In this document: positions 31,861 to 41,273 of the stretch, piece by piece
Position numbering within the stretch: position 1 is the first letter of the stretch
Layout: the number at the start of each line of letters is the position of its first letter
Source: an uncultured Gemmatimonadales bacterium
Lineage (GTDB): Bacteria; Gemmatimonadota; Gemmatimonadetes; Longimicrobiales; RSA9
Length of the DNA stretch: 64,000 bases
Assembly (NCBI GenBank): GCA_963816355.1
Contig: CAWFKH010000004.1
Coordinates: 1 to 64,000, forward strand
Direction of reading: 5' to 3'
Made by a program: the position numbers and the translations under genes
Notes under the pieces: model-generated
Told to the model about the DNA's origin: nothing
What the model saw: the letters and a program-made list of their open reading frames with translations, nothing else
Database searches by the model: none

Positions 31861-32888
31861 GAGGCGGCTCCCGCGCGCGTGGTGCCGAAGACGCGCGGCT
31901 GCGTGGCGCGGTTGATGAACGGAACGACGGCGTTCATGAGAAGGATCGCGTACATGACGCCTTCCGGCAGGCCGCCCCAGACGCGGATCAGGACGACGAG
32001 GAGGCCGATGCCGACGCCGAAGATCCAGCGGCCGGCGTGGGTGACGGGGCTGGTCACCATGTCGGTGGCCATGTAGACCGCGCCGAGGACGAGTCCACCG
32101 GAGAGCAGCATGAAGAGCGGACCGACGAAGCGGTCGGGCGCGATGGCGTGGAGCAGCGCGCTCAGCGCGGCGACGCTGGCGAAGATCGCCGTCGGGATGC
32201 GCCAGTCGAGGTAGCGCTTCCACGCGAGGTAGGCGCCGCAGAGCAGGATGAGCAGCGCGGCGGTCTCGCCGATGGAGCCGGCGGTGTTGCCGATCAGCAG
32301 CTCGCGGAGCGGCGTGGCCGCGTGCTCGAACTTGAAGCGGCCGAGCGGCGTCGCGGCGGTGATGGCGTCGATCGCGTGGGGCGAGGCGAAGGGCACGGCG
32401 AGGTTGGCGCGCAGGATCGTGCGGGCGTCGCCGTGGACGCCGGGCCAGGTGGTGATCGCGACGGGGAAGGCCGCCTGCAGGAAGGCGCGGCCGAGCAGCG
32501 CCGGGTTGAAGACGTTCTGGCCGAGGCCGCCGAAGAGCACCTTGCCGAAGCCGATGCCGAAGGCGCCGCCGAGCGCGGCCATCCAGAGCGGGAACGAGGC
32601 GGGCAGCGTGAGCCCGAGCAGAAGCCCGGTGATGGCGGCGGAGCCGTCGCGCAGGGAGGCGCCGCGACCGCGGCCGAAGAGGCGCTCCGTACCGACGGCG
32701 CCCAGGGTGCTGGCGACGACGACGAGCAGCGCGCCGGGGCCGAAGAACCACGCGGCGGCGGCGACGATCGGGACGAGCGTCGCCACGACGGTCCACATGA
32801 TGCGCGCGGTCGAGTCGTTCGCCTTGAGGTGCGGCGAGGCGAGGAGGTCGAGCCGCTCGGTGCCGGCGGCGGTGTTCGGCGCGCTCAC
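31857..32888 (-). CDS. rnfD: Rnf complex subunit D
   Basis: SPH, FGGLGQNVFNPAL, DAITAATPL (FMN Thr), GSIGET, MATDMVTSP. Confidence 0.95.
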   Translation of the reverse strand: MSAPNTAAGTERLDLLASPHLKANDSTARIMWTVVATLVPIVAAAAWFFGPGALLVVVASTLGAVGTERLFGRGRGASLRDGSAAITGLLLGLTLPASFPLWMAALGGAFGIGFGKVLFGGLGQNVFNPALLGRAFLQAAFPVAITTWPGVHGDARTILRANLAVPFASPHAIDAITAATPLGRFKFEHAATPLRELLIGNTAGSIGETAALLILLCGAYLAWKRYLDWRIPTAIFASVAALSALLHAIAPDRFVGPLFMLLSGGLVLGAVYMATDMVTSPVTHAGRWIFGVGIGLLVVLIRVWGGLPEGVMYAILLMNAVVPFINRATQPRVFGTTRAGAAS

Positions 32889-34216
32889 GCCGCGCGCTCC
32901 TTCCGGCCGCGCAACTGGCGCTTGGCGAGCGCGAAGAGCTGCGACAGCGGGATATTGGAGGGGCAGACGTAGGAGCAGGAGCCGCAGAGCATGCAATCGG
33001 CGAGGTGCGCGGCGGTCATCTCCTCGTAGCGGCCGGCCTGGCCGAGGATGCCGAGCAGCGACGGGTTCAGGAAGACCGGGCACGCCTCGAGGCAGCGGCC
33101 GCAGCGGATGCAGGGGTAGGTCTCGCGCTGGCGCACCTCGTCGCGCGTGAGCACGACGATGCCGCTCGTGCCCTTCGTGACCGGCGCGTTCAGGTCCGGC
33201 TGCGCGATGCCCATCATCGGGCCACCGGACACGACCTCCGCGGCCTCGTCGGTGAGGCCGCCGCAGTGCTCGATCACGTCGACGAGCTTCGTGCCGACCG
33301 GCACGACGAGGTTGGCGGGGCGGCGCAGCCCGCGCCCGGTGACGGTGACGATGCGCTCGACGAGGGGGAAGCCGGTCTCGAACACCTCCGCGATCGCCGC
33401 GATCGAGCCGACGTTCTGCACGACCACTCCGACGTGCAGCGGCAGCTTGCCGGAGGGGACCTCGCGCCCGGTCACGGCGCGGATCAGCATCTTCTCGGCG
33501 CCCTGCGGATACTTCACCTCGAGCGGCCGGATCGTGACATCCAGGTCCGCCGGGCGGGCGACGTGCATGCGCTCGATCGCGTCCGGCTTGTTCATCTCGA
33601 TGCCGACGATGGCGCGGCGCACGCCGAGCGCGTGCATCATGATGCGGATGCCGAAGTGGACGCGCTCCGCGTGCTCGACCATCAGGCGGTGATCGCTGGT
33701 GAGGTACGGCTCGCACTCGACGCCGTTCACCAGCAGCAGCTCGATCGCGCCCTCCTTTGGCGGCTGCAGCTTCACGTGCGTGGGGAACGCGGCGCCGCCC
33801 AGGCCGACGACGCCCGCCGCCTGCACCGCGCGCACGACGTCCGCCGGCGCGAGTCCCTCCCAGCGCGGCACCATGCGCGGCCGCGGGATCTGCGGCGAGT
33901 GCGCGTCGAGCTCGATGCGGATCGCGTCGTCCAGGCTGCCGTCCGGGTGCGGCCACAGCCCCACCTCGCGCACGACGCCCGCCGCCGACGCGTGCATCGG
34001 CACGGACACAAAGCCGTCCGCCTCGGCCACCTTGTCGCCGCGCTCCACGCGCTCGCCCACGCGGACCAGCGGCTTCGCCGGCCGGCCCGCGTGCTGCCGC
34101 AGCGGCAGCACGACCTCGCGCGGGAACGGCATGCGCCGGATCGGCAGCGCCGCCGTCAGCTCTTTCGCGTCCGGCGGATGGACGCCGTGTCGGAAACCGG
34201 GAAACCGCATCGTCAC
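32885..34216 (-). CDS. rnfC: Rnf complex subunit C
   Basis: GVHP, GVVGLGGAAFPTHVK, NGVECEPYLTSD, YPQGAEK, GGPMMG and two 4Fe-4S motifs (CIRCGRCLEACP, CMLCGSCSYVCP). Confidence 0.95.
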   Translation of the reverse strand: MTMRFPGFRHGVHPPDAKELTAALPIRRMPFPREVVLPLRQHAGRPAKPLVRVGERVERGDKVAEADGFVSVPMHASAAGVVREVGLWPHPDGSLDDAIRIELDAHSPQIPRPRMVPRWEGLAPADVVRAVQAAGVVGLGGAAFPTHVKLQPPKEGAIELLLVNGVECEPYLTSDHRLMVEHAERVHFGIRIMMHALGVRRAIVGIEMNKPDAIERMHVARPADLDVTIRPLEVKYPQGAEKMLIRAVTGREVPSGKLPLHVGVVVQNVGSIAAIAEVFETGFPLVERIVTVTGRGLRRPANLVVPVGTKLVDVIEHCGGLTDEAAEVVSGGPMMGIAQPDLNAPVTKGTSGIVVLTRDEVRQRETYPCIRCGRCLEACPVFLNPSLLGILGQAGRYEEMTAAHLADCMLCGSCSYVCPSNIPLSQLFALAKRQLRGRKERAA

Positions 34217-34235
34217 CTCGCAGGCGCCGCGGCGC

Positions 34236-37200
34236 TCAGTTGAACGGAGCGGCGCGCTTCGTCCACTTCTCCAGGTCCTTCTCCTTCGGATCGAGCGGGG
34301 TGCCGGGGTGGATGAGGCCCGCCGGGCACCGCTCCGCCGCCGTGACCAGCTGCGCGAACGTGCCCGCGCGCGGGTCTTTGATGTACGCCTGCTTGTTCTC
34401 GTCGTAGGCGAACATGCGGCCGTTCAGGTTCGTGCACTCGTTGCACGTCGTGCAGCGGTCCGAGTCGATGTACGGCTCCATCGCGAGGCCGTCCTCCTCC
34501 GCCACCACCGCCGTCGCCGCTCCGCCGGACGACGCCGCAGCCGGCGCCCCGGCCGCTGCCTCCGCCGCGCCGGCGCCGACCGAGCCGGCCGGCGCATCGC
34601 CGGCGAGGGTGGCCGCGCCCGCCCCGTGCGTGCCGTTGCCGTTGCCGGATCCGCCGCCGTGGGCGGGGCTCGCGACGGAGAAGCCGGTGGCGGAGAGGGA
34701 CTCGGGCGTGATCGGCTCGAGGTCCGTCATGCGGGCGACGCGCGCGAGCAGGTCGGCGAGGCGCTGGTCGCCGGCGCCGCGGACGAGGCCCTCGGCCATG
34801 CGTCGGGCGACGAAGCGCGGATAGCCGTCGCGCAGCTCGGCGATCTTCGCCTCGTACTCGGCGCGCACGGCCTGCACGCGGCGCTCGACCTCGCCGTCGA
34901 GCTCGCGCTCGACGGCGTCGCGGGCGACGTCGGAGGGGCGCACGCCGGCGAGCTCGCGGAGCTGCGCCCACAGCGAGAGGCGGTCGTCGGCGAGGGCGAC
35001 GATCTCGGGCGAGACCTCGAGGCGGCGCAGGCGGCGGTCCTCGCCGACCGTGAAGATGAAGGCGGTCTTCCCTTCCCTGTCGGCGCTCGGCAGCGCGACG
35101 ACCTCGTGGAACGGCAGGGCGTCGTCGGCCTTCGCGTCGGCGAGCGGGCGGAAGTGCTTGCGGAAGCGGGACTCGGTCGCGGCCCAGTCGGCGGTGGTGA
35201 GCGGCAGCTCGAGCGTGCGCGGCTCGCCTGCGTCGTCGACGTACTCGAGCGTGTAGGCGGGCCAGTCGTCGTCCACGGCGGGGTTGCCCTCGAGGCTGAT
35301 GCGCTCGGCGAGGGAAGTGCCCGCGTCGGGGTCGTAGGTGACGAAGGGGAAGGCGCGGCTCTCGAGCGCGAGCCTGGCGCCGCGCGGCGCCCAGTCGTCG
35401 GGGAGCCCGTGCTCGACGGGGCACGGCGTGTAGAGGTTGAAGACGGCGGGCCTGCGGGTCTGCAGCCCCTTCAGCACGCCGGCGATGAGGTGCGACGGCG
35501 AGGCCTGCGAGGACTGGTGGACGAAGACGCCGCGGTGGGCGAGCGCGATGAGCGCCAGCTCCTTGCGGGTCTCCTCCTTGCCGTGGTGCGCGCCGCCCCA
35601 GGCGGCCATGTCGGAGACCTGGCCGGTGAAGCCGCTGGTGCACGCCTGGCCGCCGGTGTTCGAGTAGACCTGAGTGTCGAGGACGACGACGCGAATCGGC
35701 TTCCCGCTTGCCAGCAATCGTGAAAGGTTCTGGAAGCCGATGTCCAGCATCGCGCCGTCGCCCCCGATGGCCACGATGGGCGGGCAGAGGGCGAATTCGT
35801 CGTCGTCGAACTGTTGCCAGTCGAAGGCGGCGAAGAACGGCTCGTGGGTCTCCGGGTCGTAGTCGCCGGCGGCGAGGCGCTCGGCGCGGCGGACGGCGAC
35901 GAAGGCGTCGGCCATCTTGCGCATGTGCCCCTCGAAGAGGCCGATCGCGATCGACGGCGCGTCCTGGAAGAGGTGATTGACCCACGGGTACGGGTACGGA
36001 TTGTACGGATAGGTGCTGCCCCAGACGGAGGAGCAGCCGGTGCTGTTGGCGATGCCGAGTGCCGCGCGGCCGCGGCCGCCGGGGCCCTCGACGTAGCGCC
36101 AGCGCAAGTCCTTCAGCGCGGCGACGCTCTCGCGGATGCGGGCGAGGTTGTCGCGCGCGTCGTCGTCGAGCGGCAGCGCGACGTCGCCTTCCCACACCGT
36201 CTCGAGGTCGACGTCGGCGACGAGCATGCCGCGCGCGTCGGCGTCGAGCTTCGCGAGCAGGCCGTCGATCTTCTCGACGAAGCGGGCGACGCGCGGCTGC
36301 ATCAGCGCCTCGATCGTCGCCGTGACGAGGTGGACGGTGGTCTTCTCGCCGCAGCCCATGCAGGCGCCGTCGCCGCCGACCATCGAGCGGTAGCTGTCCT
36401 TGCGCAGCAGCAGCGAGGGCAGGACGCCGATCCCCTCCTCGAGGTTCGAGATGTTGATGTAGCGCTCCGGCGTGTCGGGCAGCTTCTCCCACAGCCGCCA
36501 GTTGCGGCGCAGCCGCTCGACCACGTCCGCGTCCTGCTTGATGGTGACGAGCGCGTCCTCCGGGCAGACGTCGACGCAGATGTTGCAGCCCTTGCACGCT
36601 TCCGGGTTGATCGTGATGCTCAGCAGCCCGCCGCTCCCCTTCTCGCGCCCCTCGGGCAGGTCGAAGAAGGGCGCCGTGCGGGCGAGCGGGAAGTCCGCGA
36701 GCAACGAGTAGACGGCGGCGAACTCGTCGTCGAGCGCGGCGCGGCGGTCGGCGTCCCAGTCGAGCTTGCCGACGAGATTGCGGTACGCCGCGGAAGCGAC
36801 ATCGCGGAAGCGGCCGAACGGCACGCCGGCGGCGACCTTGTGCGCCTCCTTCGCGAGCGGCTTGGCCATCTGCCGGATGCGGGCGAAGGCGCGGCCGGCG
36901 CCGCCCGCCTCGCGGTCGATCTCGGTGGCGGTGCGGATGGCGGCGTCGAACAGATCCTCGACGGAGCTGACGAGGCCGGGGATCGCGGCGTCGGGGCACT
37001 GCGTCCAGCACTGGCTGCAGCCGGTGCACTTCTCCGCGATGAAGTCCGGCACCTCGAAGCGGATGTCGGTCATGTCGCGGATCGCGCTGGTCGCGGCCGG
37101 GATCGCGCTGATCGCGGCGAACGGGTCCGCGATGCCGTCCTGGCCGGCGCGGTACGTCGCGCACACCTGCTCGAAGAAGCGGCCGGGGTCGGCGATCCCC

Positions 37201-39398
37201 GCGGCGACGCCGTCGACGTCCATGACGGAGGGCATGCGGCCGGCGGCGGGCGCGGCCGCGTCGTCGGCGCGGGGCTCGCCGTGCGCGACCTCGCGCACCT
37301 CGTCGAAGCCGCGGCGGATGACGCGCAGGTTGTCGTCGACGACGCGCGCGCCGAGCTTGCCGAACTTCTTGCGGAGCTGGGCGTGGATGCCGTCGAAGAG
37401 GCGCTCCTTCCACTCGCCCTCGTGCTCGAGCAGCGGCGCGACGGCGAAGAAGGCGCCCATGAAGGCGGCGCCCTGCATGCGGTAGCGCAGCTCGGCGTCG
37501 GACGCCTCGTCGTTCGCGATGCGGAAGCCGTCCAGCGCGTAGAGCCGGATGCCGCGCGCGACGATGTCGGCCTGCGTCGCGGCGGGGAGCGAGTCCCACA
37601 GCGCGGCGTCGTCCAGGTCGCTCTGCACGACGAAGGCGCCGCCGTCCGCGAGCCCCAGCAACGGGTCGGAGTGGCGGAAGACGTTCGGGTCCGGCGAGAG
37701 CACGACGTCGACGTGGCGCAGCTCGGCGTTGAGCCGCACCGGCGTCGGCGACAGCGTGGCGTAGAAGGTCGTCGGCTGACCCTTCTTCTCCGAGCCGTAC
37801 TTCGGGTTCGCCTTGATGTGCAGGCCGAGCAGCTCGAAGGCGGTGAGCGCGACGTTCTTGCCCATCGTGATCGCGCCCCAGCCGCCGACCGAGTGGATGC
37901 GCAGCGCGAGCGATCCGGGCGGCAGCAGGTTCAGCCCCTTCACCGGATCGAGCGAGAGCGTCTCGAGGTGCGGATACGCGTCGAGCAGCTTCTCCTGCCA
38001 GATCTGCAGCTTCGGCAGCCGCGTGTGCTTCCGGATGAACTCGACGCCCAGGTAGAAGTGGCGGCGGCCCGCGCCGCCGGGCAGCATGTTCTCGACGGCG
38101 GCGACAATGTCGCCCGGCTGCAGGTCGCGGCTGCCGAAGCCGAAGCCGCCGGAGTGGAAGGCGGGCATCGCGGCGGGCGATACGGCGGCGAGGTCCGGGA
38201 ACGGCCGCGCGGCGTCGCGCTTGACGGCGGCGGCGTGGTTCTCGGCGGCGCGCGACATCGCCGCGCGGATCTCGCGCAGCAGCGGCAGCTCGACGGCGAG
38301 CGGCTGGTCGACGCGCTCGAGGACGACGACACCTTTCTTCGCCGCGAGCAGCGAAGTGACGAGGTCGGCGGGGAAGGGGCGGAACATCGTCAGGTCGAGC
38401 ACGCCGACGCGCAGGCCGCGGGTCTCGCGCAGGTGGTCGGCGACGGCCTCGGCGTTGCTGACGACGGAGCCCTGGCCGACGATGACGTAGTCGGCGTCGT
38501 CGACGAGGTAGCCGGAGGCGCGCGCGTAGCGGCGGCCGGTGAGCGCGGCGTACTCGGCGAACGCCTGGTCGGCGAGCGCGGCGATGTGGTCGAAGTAGAA
38601 GGGGCGCTGGGCGGCGACGCCCTGCGCGTACGCGTCCTGGTTCTGCACGACGCCGAGCATCGCCGGGTAGTCGAGGTCGAACATCTCCGGGATGCGGCGG
38701 CGGCGCTCGCCGAAGACGAGGCGCTGCGCGGGCGTGGGCGATGCGACGTGGTCGGACGGGTCGCCGAGGTACTCGCGGACGAGGTCCGGCTCCGGCACGC
38801 GGATCGACTCGATGACGTGGCTGGTGAGGAAGCCGTCCTGCGCGCACACGCCGGGCGTCAGCGACAGCTCCGCGATGCGGTGCGCGATCAGGCCGAGGTC
38901 CGCGGCCGCCTGCACGTCCTTCGCGAAGAGCTGGAAGAAGCCGGTGTCGTCGATCGCGTGGTAGTCGTCGTGGCCGGCGTGCACGTTGAGCGCGTGCTTC
39001 GTCATCGCGCGCGCGGCCACGTGGAGCACGTAGGTGAGCCGCTTGCCCGCCGCCGCGTAGAGCGACTCGTGCATGTAGGCGATGCCCTGGCCGCTCGAGA
39101 AGTTCGTCGCGCGCAGACCCATCATGCTCATGCCCGCGGTGACCGCCGCCGCGGCGTGCTCGCCCTCCGGCTCGAAGAAGAGGAGGCGGCGGCCGAAGAC
39201 GTTCGTCTTCCCGCCCGCGACGGCGAGGGCCCACCCCTCGCCCATCTGCGTCGACGGCGTGATCGGGTAGGCGCCCGCGGCCTCGCTCGCCGCGGTCTCG
39301 ACGGCGACCACCGCGCCGCTGCCGTCGGTCGCTTCGGGGATCCCGGGGAAAGGCGGCGGCGTCGCCTCCTGCGCCTGCTTCCTGCGCGTGATGATCAT
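34236..39398 (-). CDS. Large single-chain pyruvate/2-oxoacid:ferredoxin oxidoreductase (PFOR/NifJ-like) with an extra C-terminal ferredoxin
   Basis: AYPITPSTQMGE, YGSEKKG, CTGCSQCWTQCP, CKGCNICVDVCP, GACMGCGE, NSTGCSSVWG, GGDGAMLDIG, YSNTGGQ and terminal CTTCNEC...CPAG; about 1720 aa. Confidence 0.92.
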   Translation of the reverse strand: MIITRRKQAQEATPPPFPGIPEATDGSGAVVAVETAASEAAGAYPITPSTQMGEGWALAVAGGKTNVFGRRLLFFEPEGEHAAAAVTAGMSMMGLRATNFSSGQGIAYMHESLYAAAGKRLTYVLHVAARAMTKHALNVHAGHDDYHAIDDTGFFQLFAKDVQAAADLGLIAHRIAELSLTPGVCAQDGFLTSHVIESIRVPEPDLVREYLGDPSDHVASPTPAQRLVFGERRRRIPEMFDLDYPAMLGVVQNQDAYAQGVAAQRPFYFDHIAALADQAFAEYAALTGRRYARASGYLVDDADYVIVGQGSVVSNAEAVADHLRETRGLRVGVLDLTMFRPFPADLVTSLLAAKKGVVVLERVDQPLAVELPLLREIRAAMSRAAENHAAAVKRDAARPFPDLAAVSPAAMPAFHSGGFGFGSRDLQPGDIVAAVENMLPGGAGRRHFYLGVEFIRKHTRLPKLQIWQEKLLDAYPHLETLSLDPVKGLNLLPPGSLALRIHSVGGWGAITMGKNVALTAFELLGLHIKANPKYGSEKKGQPTTFYATLSPTPVRLNAELRHVDVVLSPDPNVFRHSDPLLGLADGGAFVVQSDLDDAALWDSLPAATQADIVARGIRLYALDGFRIANDEASDAELRYRMQGAAFMGAFFAVAPLLEHEGEWKERLFDGIHAQLRKKFGKLGARVVDDNLRVIRRGFDEVREVAHGEPRADDAAAPAAGRMPSVMDVDGVAAGIADPGRFFEQVCATYRAGQDGIADPFAAISAIPAATSAIRDMTDIRFEVPDFIAEKCTGCSQCWTQCPDAAIPGLVSSVEDLFDAAIRTATEIDREAGGAGRAFARIRQMAKPLAKEAHKVAAGVPFGRFRDVASAAYRNLVGKLDWDADRRAALDDEFAAVYSLLADFPLARTAPFFDLPEGREKGSGGLLSITINPEACKGCNICVDVCPEDALVTIKQDADVVERLRRNWRLWEKLPDTPERYINISNLEEGIGVLPSLLLRKDSYRSMVGGDGACMGCGEKTTVHLVTATIEALMQPRVARFVEKIDGLLAKLDADARGMLVADVDLETVWEGDVALPLDDDARDNLARIRESVAALKDLRWRYVEGPGGRGRAALGIANSTGCSSVWGSTYPYNPYPYPWVNHLFQDAPSIAIGLFEGHMRKMADAFVAVRRAERLAAGDYDPETHEPFFAAFDWQQFDDDEFALCPPIVAIGGDGAMLDIGFQNLSRLLASGKPIRVVVLDTQVYSNTGGQACTSGFTGQVSDMAAWGGAHHGKEETRKELALIALAHRGVFVHQSSQASPSHLIAGVLKGLQTRRPAVFNLYTPCPVEHGLPDDWAPRGARLALESRAFPFVTYDPDAGTSLAERISLEGNPAVDDDWPAYTLEYVDDAGEPRTLELPLTTADWAATESRFRKHFRPLADAKADDALPFHEVVALPSADREGKTAFIFTVGEDRRLRRLEVSPEIVALADDRLSLWAQLRELAGVRPSDVARDAVERELDGEVERRVQAVRAEYEAKIAELRDGYPRFVARRMAEGLVRGAGDQRLADLLARVARMTDLEPITPESLSATGFSVASPAHGGGSGNGNGTHGAGAATLAGDAPAGSVGAGAAEAAAGAPAAASSGGAATAVVAEEDGLAMEPYIDSDRCTTCNECTNLNGRMFAYDENKQAYIKDPRAGTFAQLVTAAERCPAGLIHPGTPLDPKEKDLEKWTKRAAPFN

Positions 39399-40246
39399 GC
39401 TTGCTGTCTCCCGGCCGGTACCATGGCGGCGTCGAACTGCGCCCACTCCACCCACGCGATGGCGCCCGTGGGGCAACGCACCGTGGCGGCGGGGTCGGCG
39501 AGCTCGTTCTTCGAGTAGTCGATGACGGCGAGGTTGCGGTCCATGCGGATGACGCCGGCGGGCGCGTCCTGCACGCACCGGCCGCACGCGTTGCACGCGA
39601 CGGCGCACAGGCCCGTCGCGTCCTCGCCGTCGAGGAGGTTGCGGCACTGCACGATCAGCTTCTCGTCGATCGGCATGATCGTGAACAGACCGAGCGGGCA
39701 CGCCACGACGCAGTCGTTGCAGGCGGTGCACAGCCCGGGATCGACGGCCGGCAAGCCGGTCGCGCTCATGCGAATCGCGTCGAAGGTGCACGCGACGGCG
39801 CAGTCGCCCAGGCCGAGACAGCCCCAGGGGCAGCCCTTGCCGCCGCCGCTCACCGCCGCCGCGGCCGCGCAGCTATCGATGCCGCGGTACGTCGCCTTGC
39901 GCGGGGCGACGTCCTCACCGCCCGCGCACAGCAGGCGCGCCACCCGCTTCACCGCCTCGCCGGCGTCCACGCCGAGGTAGGCGGCGACGTCCTCGCGCGC
40001 GTCCGCGCTCATCACCGTGCACGTCGCGGGCGCCACGGCGCCGCCCACCGCCGCCTCCGCGAAGGCGCGGCAGCCGGCGTAGCCGCAGGCGCCGCAGTTG
40101 GCCCCCGGCAGCATGTCCGTCACCGCATCGATGCGCGGGTCCTCCCACACGTGGAAGCGGCGCGACGCGAGTGCGATCAGGCCGCCGAAGGCGAGCCCGA
40201 CGCCGCCGAGGATGACGGCCGAATCGAGGACGGCACCGATGGCCAT
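39395..40246 (-). CDS. rnfB: Rnf complex subunit B
   Basis: N-terminal TM segment, LPGANCGACGYAGC, GCLGLGDCAVAC, CTACNDCVVACP, CNACGRC. Confidence 0.93.
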   Translation of the reverse strand: MAIGAVLDSAVILGGVGLAFGGLIALASRRFHVWEDPRIDAVTDMLPGANCGACGYAGCRAFAEAAVGGAVAPATCTVMSADAREDVAAYLGVDAGEAVKRVARLLCAGGEDVAPRKATYRGIDSCAAAAAVSGGGKGCPWGCLGLGDCAVACTFDAIRMSATGLPAVDPGLCTACNDCVVACPLGLFTIMPIDEKLIVQCRNLLDGEDATGLCAVACNACGRCVQDAPAGVIRMDRNLAVIDYSKNELADPAATVRCPTGAIAWVEWAQFDAAMVPAGRQQA

Positions 40247-40253
40247 CGCGCCC

Positions 40254-41273
40254 TCAGTCGGCCACTTCGAGGTCGGCGTGGCGGAGCAGCCACGCCGCGA
40301 GACGGTCGACCGGCGCGACGGGCGGCGCCGCGACGCCGGCGCTCGCGGCCGCGACGGCGGGCGAGCCGACGGCGGCGGCCGCGACGAGCGAGCGGAGCTG
40401 CGCCAGCTCCTGCGCCTGCTGGAAGACGCCGCTGCGGCCGAGCGCGCGGCCCGGCGCCTCCTCCGGCAGGCGCGGCGCGGCGAGCCGCGGATCGGCGCTC
40501 GGGTCGTGCGTGAACACGGCCGCGGACGCGGGCACGAGCGCCGCGACGCCCGGGCCCTCGAAGGCGGCGAGCCGGTCCAGGTCGGCGGCGTCCGCGCTCT
40601 GCATGACGAAGACATCCGGCGTCACGAGCCGCACGAGCGCGGCGGGCGGCGCGGCGCCGCGCACGACGAGCACGACCTTCTGGGCGCCATCGAGTACGCC
40701 GGCGAGGGGGCCGACGCGCAGGTCCGCGCCGTCGACCGTCACCACGAGCGGGGGCGCGATGCGACGCTCGGCGCGATTCCAGCGCGCGAAGGCGAAGCCA
40801 TCGTGCAGCGCGCCGTCGTCCTCGGCGGGGCGGCCGGCGCGGGCGAGCGCGACCACACGCGCCGCGGCGAAGGGGCGGCCGAAGTTGGCGAGCGCGTCCT
40901 CGACGGCGTCGCCGAGGTCCGCGCCGGTCAGGACGTCGACGTGGAACGCGGCCTCGTCGAGGGAGGCGAAGGCGTCGAGCACGGCGGCGGCGGCGGCGAC
41001 CCGCTCGAGCGTCGCGGCGTCGAGCAGCGTGCCGGCGGCAAAGAGGCTCTGGAAGCGGGCGACGTCGAGGCGTCCGGCAGCGAAGGGACCGAGGCCGGCG
41101 CGCCCGAAGAGGGCGGCGATGTCGCCGCCGCCGTTGCCGGCGGCGTCGTCGGGACTGCGGGTGGCGCGCCAGGCGCGCACCTCCTCGGCCGCGGCGACGA
41201 CGACGGAGCGGTAGGCGTCGCGGGCGGACGCGAGCGCCGCGAGGGCGCGGGTGACGCGGTCGTCAGACGGCAT
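40254..41273 (-). CDS. Hypothetical protein, degenerate paralogue of the PFOR beta (TPP-binding) region
   Basis: 339 aa, overlapping the upstream stop; colinear similarity to the C-terminal third of the neighbouring PFOR (see findings). Confidence 0.75.
   Translation of the reverse strand: MPSDDRVTRALAALASARDAYRSVVVAAAEEVRAWRATRSPDDAAGNGGGDIAALFGRAGLGPFAAGRLDVARFQSLFAAGTLLDAATLERVAAAAAVLDAFASLDEAAFHVDVLTGADLGDAVEDALANFGRPFAAARVVALARAGRPAEDDGALHDGFAFARWNRAERRIAPPLVVTVDGADLRVGPLAGVLDGAQKVVLVVRGAAPPAALVRLVTPDVFVMQSADAADLDRLAAFEGPGVAALVPASAAVFTHDPSADPRLAAPRLPEEAPGRALGRSGVFQQAQELAQLRSLVAAAAVGSPAVAAASAGVAAPPVAPVDRLAAWLLRHADLEVAD

Noticed and set aside
34213..39518. 1673-aa minus-strand and 1234-aa plus-strand ORFs
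   Set aside because: Alternative-frame and antisense shadows of PFOR; low complexity and no motifs.
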